Source: a virus. From it: a stretch of DNA of 64,000 nt. Below the pieces are notes generated by a model, which worked only from the letters and a program-made list of their open reading frames with translations, was not told the DNA's origin and did no database searches. Both the position numbers and the translations under genes were made by a program. The stretch lies in the IMG/VR virus record IMGVR_UViG_3300031237_000251, one strand, 5' to 3'. Positions 26,397-35,738 of the stretch are shown in pieces (position 1 is the first letter of the stretch; each line of letters opens with the position of its first letter).

Positions 26397-27368
26397 CTAC
26401 AGGGTCTCGATTTCCGCGGTGAGGGTGCCGGCCGAAGCCGCCGCCTGGGACGCGACATCGCCGAAGGCGCGGGCGGCGTTGGCCAGCGCCGCCGCCTTGC
26501 CCGAGGCATCGCTGTTCTTGCGGTTGGTGATCCGGTTGCGATCGACCTCCAGATCCGTCTGCACGTCCGCCTGCTTGGCCTTGAGCCCCAGCTCCTCGAA
26601 CGCCACCTCGACGTTGTAGTAGGAGGACAGCGCCGAATACAGCGACGACAGGGCCTGCGCCTTGAGCCGGGCGCGCTCCAGATCCTGATCCGGCAGGGCG
26701 ATCCACTGGCGGTAGAAGTCGGCCAGCGCCTGCAGGATGCCCAGCTTGTAGGTCAGGGCCTGCTGTTCGGCGAATTTCAGGATCTCCAGCTTGATCTCGG
26801 CGTCCTTGATCGCCTGCTCACGGTTCACGTCGAGGATGGCCGTGTCGGCCCGCTCGGCGGCCTCGCCCAGGGCCGCGACCATGGCCCCCGGCGGCAGGGT
26901 GAAGCCGCGGCCGGTGAAGGCCGCCTCCAGCTGCCGCTGCTCGGTGGCCATCGTGCGATAGGCGCGATCGCGCGCCCGGTGCCAGACCAGCTCGAACACG
27001 GTGGCATCCTGGCCGAACGGCTTGACGCCGGAAATCACGCCGCACAGCCAGTCCTCGGGCAGCTCGCGCAGGCACTTGTCCATGGAGGGAAAGAACTTGT
27101 CCATCCAGGCCGCGGCATCGGCGTTGAGCTTCTCCAGGCGCGTATCGGTGGTATCGCCCAGGTCCAGCACATCCGACAGCTTCGGCGGCGTGCCGAGGCT
27201 CGGCTTGCTGAGCGAGTAGGTGAAGTCCGGCTCGCGCAGGTAGGCGAAGTCGTTGGTCGGCTCGATCAGGTTCCAGATCATCGACCGGGTGTTGTCGACC
27301 TGCAGCATGGCCGAGTTGGCCAGCTTCTGCAGGAAGTCGGTCGAGGCGTTGTAGTTGCTCGTCGTCAT
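26397..27368 (-). CDS. Phage structural protein, helical / coiled-coil
   Basis: 323 aa, operon overlap with neighbours. Confidence 0.75.
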   Translation of the reverse strand: MTTSNYNASTDFLQKLANSAMLQVDNTRSMIWNLIEPTNDFAYLREPDFTYSLSKPSLGTPPKLSDVLDLGDTTDTRLEKLNADAAAWMDKFFPSMDKCLRELPEDWLCGVISGVKPFGQDATVFELVWHRARDRAYRTMATEQRQLEAAFTGRGFTLPPGAMVAALGEAAERADTAILDVNREQAIKDAEIKLEILKFAEQQALTYKLGILQALADFYRQWIALPDQDLERARLKAQALSSLYSALSSYYNVEVAFEELGLKAKQADVQTDLEVDRNRITNRKNSDASGKAAALANAARAFGDVASQAAASAGTLTAEIETL

Positions 27369-29242
27369 TACCGCATTCCCCTTCTCGCCGCCACGGCGAC
27401 GATGTGCTCAATGGTGTCCAGCTCGAACTCGGTGGCGTCGGTGACTTCCAGGGTGAGGTTCCAGCGCCGGGCAGCGACGCCCCGGGCCGGCGCGGCGCGC
27501 ATCATCGGCCCGCGCGCCACCGCCCGGTAACTGCGATCGACACCATCGGCGCGCAGCGTGACGATCACCTCGCCATCGGTGGTCAGGCCCAGGAAAACCT
27601 CCTGCACCGTCTTGGCCTGCACGGCGCCGTAGTCGGTCGCCCCGAAGTCCAGGGTCACGGCGATCGGGCTGCCGTCGTCGTCCCCCGGGCGCATGCGGTA
27701 CAGGCCATCCGGCCGGCAGGCGTACAGCGTGTTGTCGGCCAGCGCGAAGGCGTCGAAGTCGAAGCCGCTGTAGGTGGTCAGGGCGCCGGTCAGGACGTTG
27801 ACGGCGTACTGCACGGACGCGGCGGTACCGGCATCGGCCGTCCCGCCCAGCAGCAGGCCGGATTGGATCACGGCCGACAGCGCCCGGTAGGCGCTGACCT
27901 CGCTACTGATCGCCAGCGCCTCGAACAGGGCGCCGTCGATCACCACGCCCAGGGTGAAACCGCTGCTCAGGCCCAGTTGCTCGGCCAGCACGGCGCTCTG
28001 CCGGCGGCTGGCCACCCACAGGTCGGCGACCACGAGGAAGTTGTCGCGCGCGTTGCCGTAGTCGGTGGGGGCGAAGGTGAGCCCTGCGCCGGTCAGCGCC
28101 GGCAGGGTGCCGCGGGCCTCCGCGTAGGCATGATCGGCGCCCAGGCCTTGCAGCGGCGGCAGCGCCGCCTCGATGCGCCCCACCGAACCCGTCAGCCCGC
28201 GGAGCAGCCCCGACAGGGGCGGCAGGATGCCGACCACGGTAGCGCGGGAAACCTGCGGGAATCCGCCGTTCAGGGTGCCCGCCAGCGCCGGCAGCGTGCC
28301 CCGCACTTCGCTGTAGGCATGGTCTGCCGCGTGGCCGCCGAGCGCCGGCAGGCTCCCCTCGATCCGCCCTATCCCGCCGCCGATCCCCGACGCCAGCCCG
28401 CCGAGCGACGGCAGCCGGCCCCCACCGAAGGCATAGGACGCGCGATCGGTCAGCAGGCCGACCAGCGGCGGCAAGGTGGCGCGGATTTCCCCGCTCTGCA
28501 CCAGGGCGGCGACCAGCTGCGGGTTATCGACGTAATCGCCCGAGGCGTAGATGGTCGCATCGAGGTACGGCGCGCCCTGGGAGACAACGGCGCTGGTGTA
28601 GGCCCAGCCATCGTAGAGATAGGTCACTTGGCCGAGGGAACGGCTGATAGCCAGACGCTTGCCGGCACTGTGCGGGGTCGGGGCGGTGGCCACCACCACC
28701 CCGGATTCCATGACGGCGACCACGCCCTGGTGGACGTAGAAGGCGTGGCTCGGCTCGGCCGGCGAGGTGGACTCGTCGGCGCCCACCAGGCCGACCACGA
28801 CGCCGATCGCCGCCGGGCCCACCTCGAACGTGAAGGCCCCGTCGCCGACCAGGGGCCTGATGCTGCGCGCGCCGCCGTTCCAGCCATCGATGGCCGTGTA
28901 GGTGAGCTTCGCCGGCTCGGCCGGTATCGCCGCGACCGCCGGGTAGCAGACGCGCCGGGTGATCGGCACCTGCTCGTCGTTGCCGCTCTCGGTGTTCAGC
29001 ATCACCCCGGCAAAGCCGCCGCTCGCCAGGTCGCTGAGCGCATCGCGTACCTGGCCGGGGCTGACACTGCCGAAGCCCGTAGTCACGCCGTTCCCGTCCA
29101 CCAGGCCCACGTCGTACCCCGACAGGCCCGACGTGGACTGATAGCCGATGACCGTGGTGACGCAGTACGCCGGGCTGCCCGGCTGATAGGGCGAACTCGG
29201 CGTGTACTGAGCCTGGGCCAGCTTCTTCAAGCGGTTCGCCAT
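27368..29242 (-). CDS. Putative tail protein with internal G-x-L-P-x-L-x-G repeats
   Basis: 624 aa with seven LPxL repeats in the middle. Confidence 0.75.
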   Translation of the reverse strand: MANRLKKLAQAQYTPSSPYQPGSPAYCVTTVIGYQSTSGLSGYDVGLVDGNGVTTGFGSVSPGQVRDALSDLASGGFAGVMLNTESGNDEQVPITRRVCYPAVAAIPAEPAKLTYTAIDGWNGGARSIRPLVGDGAFTFEVGPAAIGVVVGLVGADESTSPAEPSHAFYVHQGVVAVMESGVVVATAPTPHSAGKRLAISRSLGQVTYLYDGWAYTSAVVSQGAPYLDATIYASGDYVDNPQLVAALVQSGEIRATLPPLVGLLTDRASYAFGGGRLPSLGGLASGIGGGIGRIEGSLPALGGHAADHAYSEVRGTLPALAGTLNGGFPQVSRATVVGILPPLSGLLRGLTGSVGRIEAALPPLQGLGADHAYAEARGTLPALTGAGLTFAPTDYGNARDNFLVVADLWVASRRQSAVLAEQLGLSSGFTLGVVIDGALFEALAISSEVSAYRALSAVIQSGLLLGGTADAGTAASVQYAVNVLTGALTTYSGFDFDAFALADNTLYACRPDGLYRMRPGDDDGSPIAVTLDFGATDYGAVQAKTVQEVFLGLTTDGEVIVTLRADGVDRSYRAVARGPMMRAAPARGVAARRWNLTLEVTDATEFELDTIEHIVAVAARRGMR

Positions 29243-29252
29243 GGGCGGCTCC

Positions 29253-29699
29253 TTACTGCAGCGGCTGGGTCAGCGCCACGTACTCGACCTTCTGGATGGC
29301 ATCCTTGGCCAGCGCCACGCTGTTCAGGTTCAGGAACTTGCCGGCGACTCCCACATCACCCTGCAGGCGCACGTCGGTGGTGCTGGCGGCGCCCGTGCCG
29401 GTCGGCTTGGCGAAGCGGCAGAACGTCGCCGTGCCCGCTGCTGCCACGGTGCCCTGCCAGACTTGGGTCGCGTCCTTCTCCAGGGTGCCGCCCACGGCAT
29501 TGGCGGCGAACGCCAGGCCGGAGCCATCGCCGTTGCCGCTGATGTCGCAGAGCAGCACGGCATCGCCCGGCAGCGCGGCATCGGCGCTGGCCGGCTCGGT
29601 ACCGGCGTAGATGAAGAGGTGCAGGCCGGTCAGCGCAGTCTTGAGGCTTCCGGAAGAAAGCAGGGCATTAGCCAGCCCGGTGCTGATTTTGAGGGACAT
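29253..29699 (-). CDS. Phage tail-associated protein
   Basis: MSLKISTGLANALL...GTATFCRF...RLQGDVG, in the structural operon. Confidence 0.75.
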   Translation of the reverse strand: MSLKISTGLANALLSSGSLKTALTGLHLFIYAGTEPASADAALPGDAVLLCDISGNGDGSGLAFAANAVGGTLEKDATQVWQGTVAAAGTATFCRFAKPTGTGAASTTDVRLQGDVGVAGKFLNLNSVALAKDAIQKVEYVALTQPLQ

Positions 29700-29708
29700 G
29701 GTGGCTCC

Positions 29709-30209
29709 TTACAGGCTGGTGGGGATCAGGGTCAGGCCGGCGGCCAGGGTGAAGGGCTCGCCGGCATCGATGTCTTTCGGGCTGGCGAAGCGGGCGATCG
29801 ACAGCAGCCGGCCGCCAGAGCCGCCCTTGGTGGACGTGCTGACGATGAAGGCGCCGTAGATCCGCTTGGCCTGGTTGAAGGTGAACGTCGCCTTGTTGCC
29901 GAGGCTGTCGATTACCGCCTTGCCGTCGTAGGAATGGGTCCAGGCCGGCCGGGTCGCCTCGTCGTAGGCGGTGCACTCGGTCAGGAGGCTGGGCAGGTCG
30001 GCGGCCTTGAAGGCGGCATCGGGCACGGTGTTGCTCTCGAACAGGCCGACATACCAGTTGCCGATCGCCGCCTCGCTGCCGCGCAGCAGGCCGGCTACGA
30101 AGTCGATGGCCTCCTGGGGCAGCAGGTTGTGATCCTCGGCGCGCTCAATGCGGCCGTCGTGCCGCTGAATCTCGGTGGTGTAGGTAAAGCCAGTGCCAAG
30201 CAGGGTCAT
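29709..30209 (-). CDS. Phage tail-associated protein
   Basis: 166 aa, ATGA overlap with 30206-31423. Confidence 0.75.
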   Translation of the reverse strand: MTLLGTGFTYTTEIQRHDGRIERAEDHNLLPQEAIDFVAGLLRGSEAAIGNWYVGLFESNTVPDAAFKAADLPSLLTECTAYDEATRPAWTHSYDGKAVIDSLGNKATFTFNQAKRIYGAFIVSTSTKGGSGGRLLSIARFASPKDIDAGEPFTLAAGLTLIPTSL

Positions 30210-31423
30210 GGGCGAACTACCTCCCCAATGAAAAAGTCCGTCGCGGCCAGCTGGTTGGCGCCCTGCGGCCCGCGGGTGGTGGTGACGATCAACTGATTGC
30301 CGTTGTGCTCGATGACCCCGGCGGCGCCCTGCGCGGTCAGTTCGGGGGCGTAGTGCTGGCGGTTGACCAGCTGCAGGCCGCCGCTGCCGTCGCCGACGCT
30401 CACGGCCTGGCCGTAGCGGGTCATCCAGGCGCAGCGCTCGTCGGGCAGGATCACGGCCGAGCCCCGCAGCGCCGGGAAGTTGAGGATTTCGCGCTGGCTG
30501 GGGGTGTCCCCGGCCACATCGCTCAGGCTGTAGCTCACGTCGCTGCTGACATAGAGCGTCGTCTGATCGCTCATCAGCTCCCCGACCTCGGCCGGGAACT
30601 GGAGGAAACCGCGCAGGGGGTCGAGCAGATGCGGGCGCATGGGCGCGGTCAGCCAGACGACGCGGCCCTGGGCGATCGCCAGTTGGGAGCCGTGGGCGCA
30701 GATCACGCTGCCGATCACCGGGGCCCGCAGGCGCGCAGTGGTCAGGGTGCGGGTGTCGTCGCGCAGGCTGGTGACGCGCAGCGGCGTCGCGGCGCTGCCC
30801 TGCCCCTGCAAGTAGAGGGTCTGGCTGTTCGGGTAGCCCAGGTAGAGATTCACCCGGCCGCCCTCCGGCGGCGCCGGCAGCTCCACGTCCAGGGCGCCGC
30901 CCTCGGGGACCGTCACCAGCAGCGGCGTATCGGTCCCGCCCTCGCGGCCGTCCGCGTCGGTGAAGGTCACGGCCAGGCGGTAGATACCCGCCCGCAGCGC
31001 GCCGCCGGTCGTGACGGCCGGCAACGGCTGGGCCAGCACGTCCGGCACGCCCCAGGCCCGCACGCGGCGGCCGTCATACTCGAGGCTTTCGTTGGCGGTC
31101 TGGAAATACAGGGTGTTGTTCAACACGGCGCCGATGAACTGGCCGGCGCCGGCAATGGTGCGCAGCACGCGCGCGCCTTGGGTCTGCGGGTCGAACTCGA
31201 TCAGCTCGGGGCCATCGGCGATCAACAGCTTGTCGCCCAGGGCCAGGACGCCGCGCACGGCGTTACCGGCATAGACCTGCTCGTAGCCGGAGCGCAGATG
31301 CAGCTCGCCGCCGGGGGTGGCATCGACGTTCACGGCCCGGCGGACGAAGCCCTTGGGTACGCGATCGGCCGGAGTCAGGTTATCGACTCCGCCGGTCCAC
31401 TGGTTTTGGATGAGGGGACGCAT
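30206..31423 (-). CDS. Putative tail / head-stabilisation protein
   Basis: 405 aa beta-rich; first gene behind late-motif copy 2. Confidence 0.7.
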   Translation of the reverse strand: MRPLIQNQWTGGVDNLTPADRVPKGFVRRAVNVDATPGGELHLRSGYEQVYAGNAVRGVLALGDKLLIADGPELIEFDPQTQGARVLRTIAGAGQFIGAVLNNTLYFQTANESLEYDGRRVRAWGVPDVLAQPLPAVTTGGALRAGIYRLAVTFTDADGREGGTDTPLLVTVPEGGALDVELPAPPEGGRVNLYLGYPNSQTLYLQGQGSAATPLRVTSLRDDTRTLTTARLRAPVIGSVICAHGSQLAIAQGRVVWLTAPMRPHLLDPLRGFLQFPAEVGELMSDQTTLYVSSDVSYSLSDVAGDTPSQREILNFPALRGSAVILPDERCAWMTRYGQAVSVGDGSGGLQLVNRQHYAPELTAQGAAGVIEHNGNQLIVTTTRGPQGANQLAATDFFIGEVVRP

Positions 31424-31455
31424 GGATCACCCGTTGGGAAGTGGTAACGGGTGCC

Positions 31456-31484
31456 GAACCTATGTGACTGCCGGCGCGACGCAA
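31456..31484 (-). promoter_or_regulatory. Phage late-promoter motif, copy 2
   Basis: TTGC-GTCGCGCCGG-CAGTCACATAGGTTC. Confidence 0.7.
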
Positions 31485-31520
31485 GCAGCTATGCCCACGC
31501 CGGCAGCTATACCCACGCCG
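31485..31520. repeat. 18-bp tandem duplication covering the stop codon of the adaptor gene
   Basis: GCAGCTATGCCCACGCCG / GCAGCTATACCCACGCCG. Confidence 0.7.
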
Positions 31521-32175
31521 TGTTGTGGTGCTCCACGTCCTCGCGGGTGATGCGGCGCAGGTCGCTGTCGGGGCGCGGGCCGAAGTAGCGCTCGAAGGCC
31601 TGGGCGGCCACCTGCGCACGGGTCAGGTCCAGGGTTTCCGCGGTGGGCATGCTGAACGCCCGGAACAGCGCCCAATCAATCAGATGCCGGTGGTGGGCAT
31701 CGTTAATCTCCGGTCTGGCCGAGCCGCTGGCCGCCAGCGAGCCGAGCGGCAGGCGGTAGCCCTCCAGCAGCAGGGTGCCCGCGGCCGTTGGGGTGGGAAC
31801 CAGGCGCAGCGAGGTGTCATCCTGCACGACGTACTCGACGCGCCCGCTGCGATCGCGCCAATCCGGCAGGTGCGCGTCCAGATACTCGGTGGACACCAGG
31901 CGCACCGGCCGGCGCCGGGCCTCGCCCGCCTCCTTGATGCCCAGGTGGTCCAGCTCGTACAGCATCGGATGCAGCGGATAGACCCGCTGCCCGGGCGCGA
32001 TGGCGATTTCGCAGAGGGCCGGGTCGTCCGCCACATGCAGCAGCCGGCCCCGGATGCAGGCCTCCGCCTCGGCCTCCTCCAGCCAGTTGGCCACCCAGGG
32101 CGTGCGCCACAGGTAGGGGTCGATCAGATCCTGCGTCTGCACCCGGAACTCTTGGATCAGCTCGTCACGGGTCAT
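31507..32175 (-). CDS. Head-tail adaptor protein
   Basis: MTRDELIQEFR...DPYLW...EAEAEAC...PEINDAHHRHLIDWALFRAF, typical podoviral adaptor position. Confidence 0.75.
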   Translation of the reverse strand: MTRDELIQEFRVQTQDLIDPYLWRTPWVANWLEEAEAEACIRGRLLHVADDPALCEIAIAPGQRVYPLHPMLYELDHLGIKEAGEARRRPVRLVSTEYLDAHLPDWRDRSGRVEYVVQDDTSLRLVPTPTAAGTLLLEGYRLPLGSLAASGSARPEINDAHHRHLIDWALFRAFSMPTAETLDLTRAQVAAQAFERYFGPRPDSDLRRITREDVEHHNTAWV

Positions 32176-32177
32176 CG

Positions 32178-32606
32178 TCAGACCAGTCCGAAGCGATCAA
32201 TCAGGGAAATCACCTGGCCGCGCAGGTTCTCGACGTTGTAGCGCATGTCCAGATCCTGCTGGTAGTTGATCTTGGCGAACTGGCCCAGGGCCTCCTTATC
32301 CATCTGGCTGACGCGATCGAACATATCCTGCAGGCTGTTCTGATCCTCGGTGCGCTGGGCCTCATCCTTGGCGGCCTGCTCCAGCAGCTCGGCGGTATCG
32401 TCGGTGCTGGTTTTCTTCTTGCTCCGCTCGGTTGCCTCGGTGGCGGCCTCGAACACATCGGCATGGCGCAGGAACTTGCGCGCCAGCTCAGCCGGCACCA
32501 GGCGGCACTGGCCGGGCTCGAACGTCAGGCCCGAGCGGTAGAGGCGGTCCTTGAACGGCTTGCGGCCGGTGTACTTCACTGCTTGCTGTGGTTTCTGCAT
32601 GGTCAC
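32178..32606 (-). CDS. Phage hypothetical protein
   Basis: 142 aa between the decoration and adaptor genes. Confidence 0.7.
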   Translation of the reverse strand: MTMQKPQQAVKYTGRKPFKDRLYRSGLTFEPGQCRLVPAELARKFLRHADVFEAATEATERSKKKTSTDDTAELLEQAAKDEAQRTEDQNSLQDMFDRVSQMDKEALGQFAKINYQQDLDMRYNVENLRGQVISLIDRFGLV

Positions 32607-32617
32607 TCCCGGTAGGC

Positions 32618-32643
32618 AAAGGGAAGGGCCGAAGCCCTCCCCC
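32618..32643 (-). terminator. Terminator after the capsid and decoration genes
   Basis: Minus strand GGGGAGGGC-TTCG-GCCCTTCCC-TTT. Confidence 0.7.
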
Positions 32644-32649
32644 TATTCA

Positions 32650-33129
32650 TCAGCGCGGGCCGATCAGCTCGCCCTGGATCAGCACGTCGATCTGCGATGC
32701 CTTGGCGTTGTTGGCGCCGGCAAGGGTCAGAATCAGACGGGCCGGCTTGGGCAGCAGGACCGGCGGCTTGGCGGTGGCCACGCGCAGACGGCCGGCCGTG
32801 TTCAGCACCAGGCCGGCACCGAAGTAGCCGGCATCCTGCGGCACCTCAGCGCTGTCCGCGCCATCCTCGTAGACGAAGCCGAGCGAGCCGGTCACCGCGG
32901 CGGTCATCGCCGTGGAGACGATCACCTGGCAGTCATCCAGGCTGAACCCCGCGGGCAGCGGCCCCAGGTCCACCACATCGCCCTCGGCCAGGGCGGCGGA
33001 CGAGTCGGCGCCGATCGCCCCGCCGGCCGCGCCGGTCTTGAGCAGGTAGCGCAAGGTGGTGGTGTTGCCGTAGGGAACCGTGGTGCCGAACTGGCGGGCA
33101 CGGAATTGGTTAAGCGTCACTTGGGCCAT
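32650..33129 (-). CDS. Putative capsid decoration / cement protein
   Basis: 159 aa immediately after the major capsid gene. Confidence 0.65.
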   Translation of the reverse strand: MAQVTLNQFRARQFGTTVPYGNTTTLRYLLKTGAAGGAIGADSSAALAEGDVVDLGPLPAGFSLDDCQVIVSTAMTAAVTGSLGFVYEDGADSAEVPQDAGYFGAGLVLNTAGRLRVATAKPPVLLPKPARLILTLAGANNAKASQIDVLIQGELIGPR

Positions 33130-33184
33130 GATGGGCTCCTATGTGGGTTCAACAGAGGCGGGCCGGATCACCCGGCCCGGCCCA

Positions 33185-34477
33185 TCAGTTGCGCGCACCG
33201 ATGATCGGCACGGCGGTGTCGATCACCGTGGCGCCGTAGTCGGTGATCTGCGTGCTGCCGCCGTGGTCGATTTCGAAGCGGATCTTCGAAACGCCGCGGA
33301 TCAGCCCCAGCAGCAACTCCACCTTGTCGCCGTGGTCGAGTTCCTTCTCGCTCCAGAAGAACGGGATCTGCGTCTTATCGCTGGCAGCCCAGGCCTCGGC
33401 GATCGCCTGGCCGCCCAGGAGGATGGCGCGGTCGATGGCGAAGGAGGTGCCGAAGGAATCCGGCACCTTGCAGCTCGATTCGGCCTCGGAGCTGTAGGAG
33501 TCGCAGTATTGGATGGTGTCGCCGGCATAGAAGCGGATCGGCTTCGGCATCTTGACGATGAGGATGCCGTTCCACAGACCGGCTTCGCCCAGGAACAACG
33601 GGTGCCCGCCGGCCTGCTGGGCGCGCGCCAGGGAGCTGGCCTGCAGCTGACGGAAACTCGGATCGGTGGCGAAACCACTGTACTGAGCCGGCGATACCAG
33701 CAGCACGCGCAGCGGGCTGTCGGTGGCGGCCTTGTCGCCCTCGAAGATGACCGGCGGCGGCGGCAGAGCAATCTGCTCCATGTAGGTGCGGATGCCATCC
33801 ACCGTGTCCATGCGCAGCAGGTCGGTGGTATCCAGCGACACCGCGCCGGCATTGACGGAGAACGGAACGATGCCGTGGGTGCCGTCCGCCATGAAATGGC
33901 GGTTCTTCGACGGGGCCCGCACCGGGTTGACCATGATTTCCGCGAATTCCGGGTCGTCGCTGGTGGGCACGACCCATTCGATGTTGTCTTGGAAACCACG
34001 GGCGCCGGCCATGTGGACCAGCAGGGATTGGTCGACGTACTTGTCGGCCAGGCCCTGCGCGACCGGACGGCCCAGGCGGCGGAAGTCGGCCGGGCTGCGG
34101 ATCGAGGTCATCACGTTGCCCAGGTCGAGCGGGAAACGCGCCTGGTTGACGCGCAGCTTGTCCTCGGACAGCTTCATGCCGACGCCGCGGCCTTCCGCCC
34201 GGTTGCTGCCCATGATCGGCTTGCCGCCGACCGGGTTCAGCAGGTGGAACGTCACCTCATCGCCCCGGCCTTTGGATAGGTCCTGGCATTTGACGATCGG
34301 CATGTGCTGGGTGGACTGCTTGCGCAGGGTAGCCTCGGCGCCCGCCGTGCCCTTGGGCATCGGGCCACTGAGGCGGCTCAGGGTGGTGTTGCGCTGGTTG
34401 TGCGTGGCGAACAGGCCCACGGCCTGCTGCACCATGGCGACCTTATCGCCATACGCCATGTTGGTAGATCCGCTCAT
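33185..34477 (-). CDS. Major capsid protein, N4-gp56 (DUF4043)-like
   Basis: DLSKGRGDEVTF, VNQARF, RAILLGGQA, DHGDKVE motifs; located after the scaffold gene. Confidence 0.85.
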   Translation of the reverse strand: MSGSTNMAYGDKVAMVQQAVGLFATHNQRNTTLSRLSGPMPKGTAGAEATLRKQSTQHMPIVKCQDLSKGRGDEVTFHLLNPVGGKPIMGSNRAEGRGVGMKLSEDKLRVNQARFPLDLGNVMTSIRSPADFRRLGRPVAQGLADKYVDQSLLVHMAGARGFQDNIEWVVPTSDDPEFAEIMVNPVRAPSKNRHFMADGTHGIVPFSVNAGAVSLDTTDLLRMDTVDGIRTYMEQIALPPPPVIFEGDKAATDSPLRVLLVSPAQYSGFATDPSFRQLQASSLARAQQAGGHPLFLGEAGLWNGILIVKMPKPIRFYAGDTIQYCDSYSSEAESSCKVPDSFGTSFAIDRAILLGGQAIAEAWAASDKTQIPFFWSEKELDHGDKVELLLGLIRGVSKIRFEIDHGGSTQITDYGATVIDTAVPIIGARN

Positions 34478-34511
34478 CTACAGCTCCTAATCAGTTCAGT
34501 CGGGAATGGGC

Positions 34512-35564
34512 TCACAAGCTCCGGTTGAGGAATTCCTCGATCTGAGCCGGGGTCATGTTCGCCATTGCGTCCGCCATGTCCGGGGCGCTCAATTTGGCGA
34601 GCGCTTCATCACGCGAGGCCGGCCCGGCCGTGCCGCCCGGGATATCCGAGAGGCTGCCCGGTACCGGCGCACGCGCCTTGGCCATGGCTTGCTTGGCGGC
34701 TTCCTTCGCTGCTGCGTCGTCGGCCGCCGGTTGAGTCTTTCCAGCCGTTCCCTTGAACTGATCGAGCAGCTCGATCACCTCGGCCGCGCTGCCTTTCTGC
34801 AGAACGGTCTCGATCCCGGCCCGGGCAAAGCTCGGTTGAGCCTTGATCCAGTTCGCCAGCTCCTGGCTTTCGGCAATGGAGTCGGCGTCCGGGTGCTTCT
34901 CGTAGATCGCCCGGAAGTGCGCCTCGGTGGCGGCGGCCTGCTGCCGTTGCAGATCGGCCTCCTGCTGCTGTTGCAGTGGGGCCAGGGCCGCTTTCACCTT
35001 CTCGTCCACCAGGGCTTGCACCCGTTGATCCACCAGGGACTGCACCCCCTTGGCGATCGCCTCTTCGGAGAAGTCCCCGAACAGGTCAGGGTCTGCACCC
35101 TGGTCGATCGCCTGCTCGGCGATGGCAAGGTTCTGGTCAGCCTGGGTCGGGGCCTGGCCGGCATCGGCGCGTTGCTGGGCCTGGGCCTTGATGGCGTCCA
35201 GTTCCTGCAGTGCCGCTTGGGCCTTGTCCCGCCATTGCTTCTCCCCTTCCCGCGCCTCGATGAGCTTTTCGTAGGGAATCGTGTGCTTGCCGTCCTTCGC
35301 CAGGATCACGGCGCTGGCCGGGTCCGTGGCTGCAGGCGGCTGCCCCGCTGGATCAGTGGAGGGGTTCTCGGTGGTCGGCGCAGCACCTGGGGTCTGAGCT
35401 TCGGGAGCAGGGGTAGCGCTGGGCGCGCTGCCAGTGTCCGGGGTACCGCCTGCGGCGGCTCCGGTATCGCCCAATTCGGTCAGCTCCAAGAGCTGGGCCG
35501 CCTGTTCGGGAGTCAGGTTTCCATCCGGTGCGTGCTGCTGGAAAAACTCTGCTGTGGTTGTCAT
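34512..35564 (-). CDS. Capsid scaffolding protein
   Basis: Ala/Gln-rich coiled protein between portal and capsid; IPYEKL motif; start ATG 35564 preferred. Confidence 0.75.
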   Translation of the reverse strand: MTTTAEFFQQHAPDGNLTPEQAAQLLELTELGDTGAAAGGTPDTGSAPSATPAPEAQTPGAAPTTENPSTDPAGQPPAATDPASAVILAKDGKHTIPYEKLIEAREGEKQWRDKAQAALQELDAIKAQAQQRADAGQAPTQADQNLAIAEQAIDQGADPDLFGDFSEEAIAKGVQSLVDQRVQALVDEKVKAALAPLQQQQEADLQRQQAAATEAHFRAIYEKHPDADSIAESQELANWIKAQPSFARAGIETVLQKGSAAEVIELLDQFKGTAGKTQPAADDAAAKEAAKQAMAKARAPVPGSLSDIPGGTAGPASRDEALAKLSAPDMADAMANMTPAQIEEFLNRSL

Positions 35565-35668
35565 ACCTATCCCGCCACATATCGCCGTGGCCGCATGGGG
35601 GTTCATGGACGCCCAGCAGGGGCCAGCTGCCAGGCATTCGGTGGGCGCCTTGCCTGCCGATGCGTGGC

Positions 35669-35697
35669 GAACTTATGTGACTGGCGGGGGTACGCAA
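35669..35697 (-). promoter_or_regulatory. Phage late-promoter motif, copy 3
   Basis: TTGC-GTACCCCCGC-CAGTCACATAAGTTC, immediately downstream of the portal terminator. Confidence 0.7.
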
Positions 35698-35711
35698 GCG
35701 CGCCGGGTATG

Positions 35712-35737
35712 AAAAGCCCGCACTCGGCGGGCCTTTT
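35712..35737 (-). terminator. Terminator after the portal gene
   Basis: AAAAGCCCG-CACTCGG-CGGGCCTTTT. Confidence 0.7.
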
Positions 35738-35738
35738 C

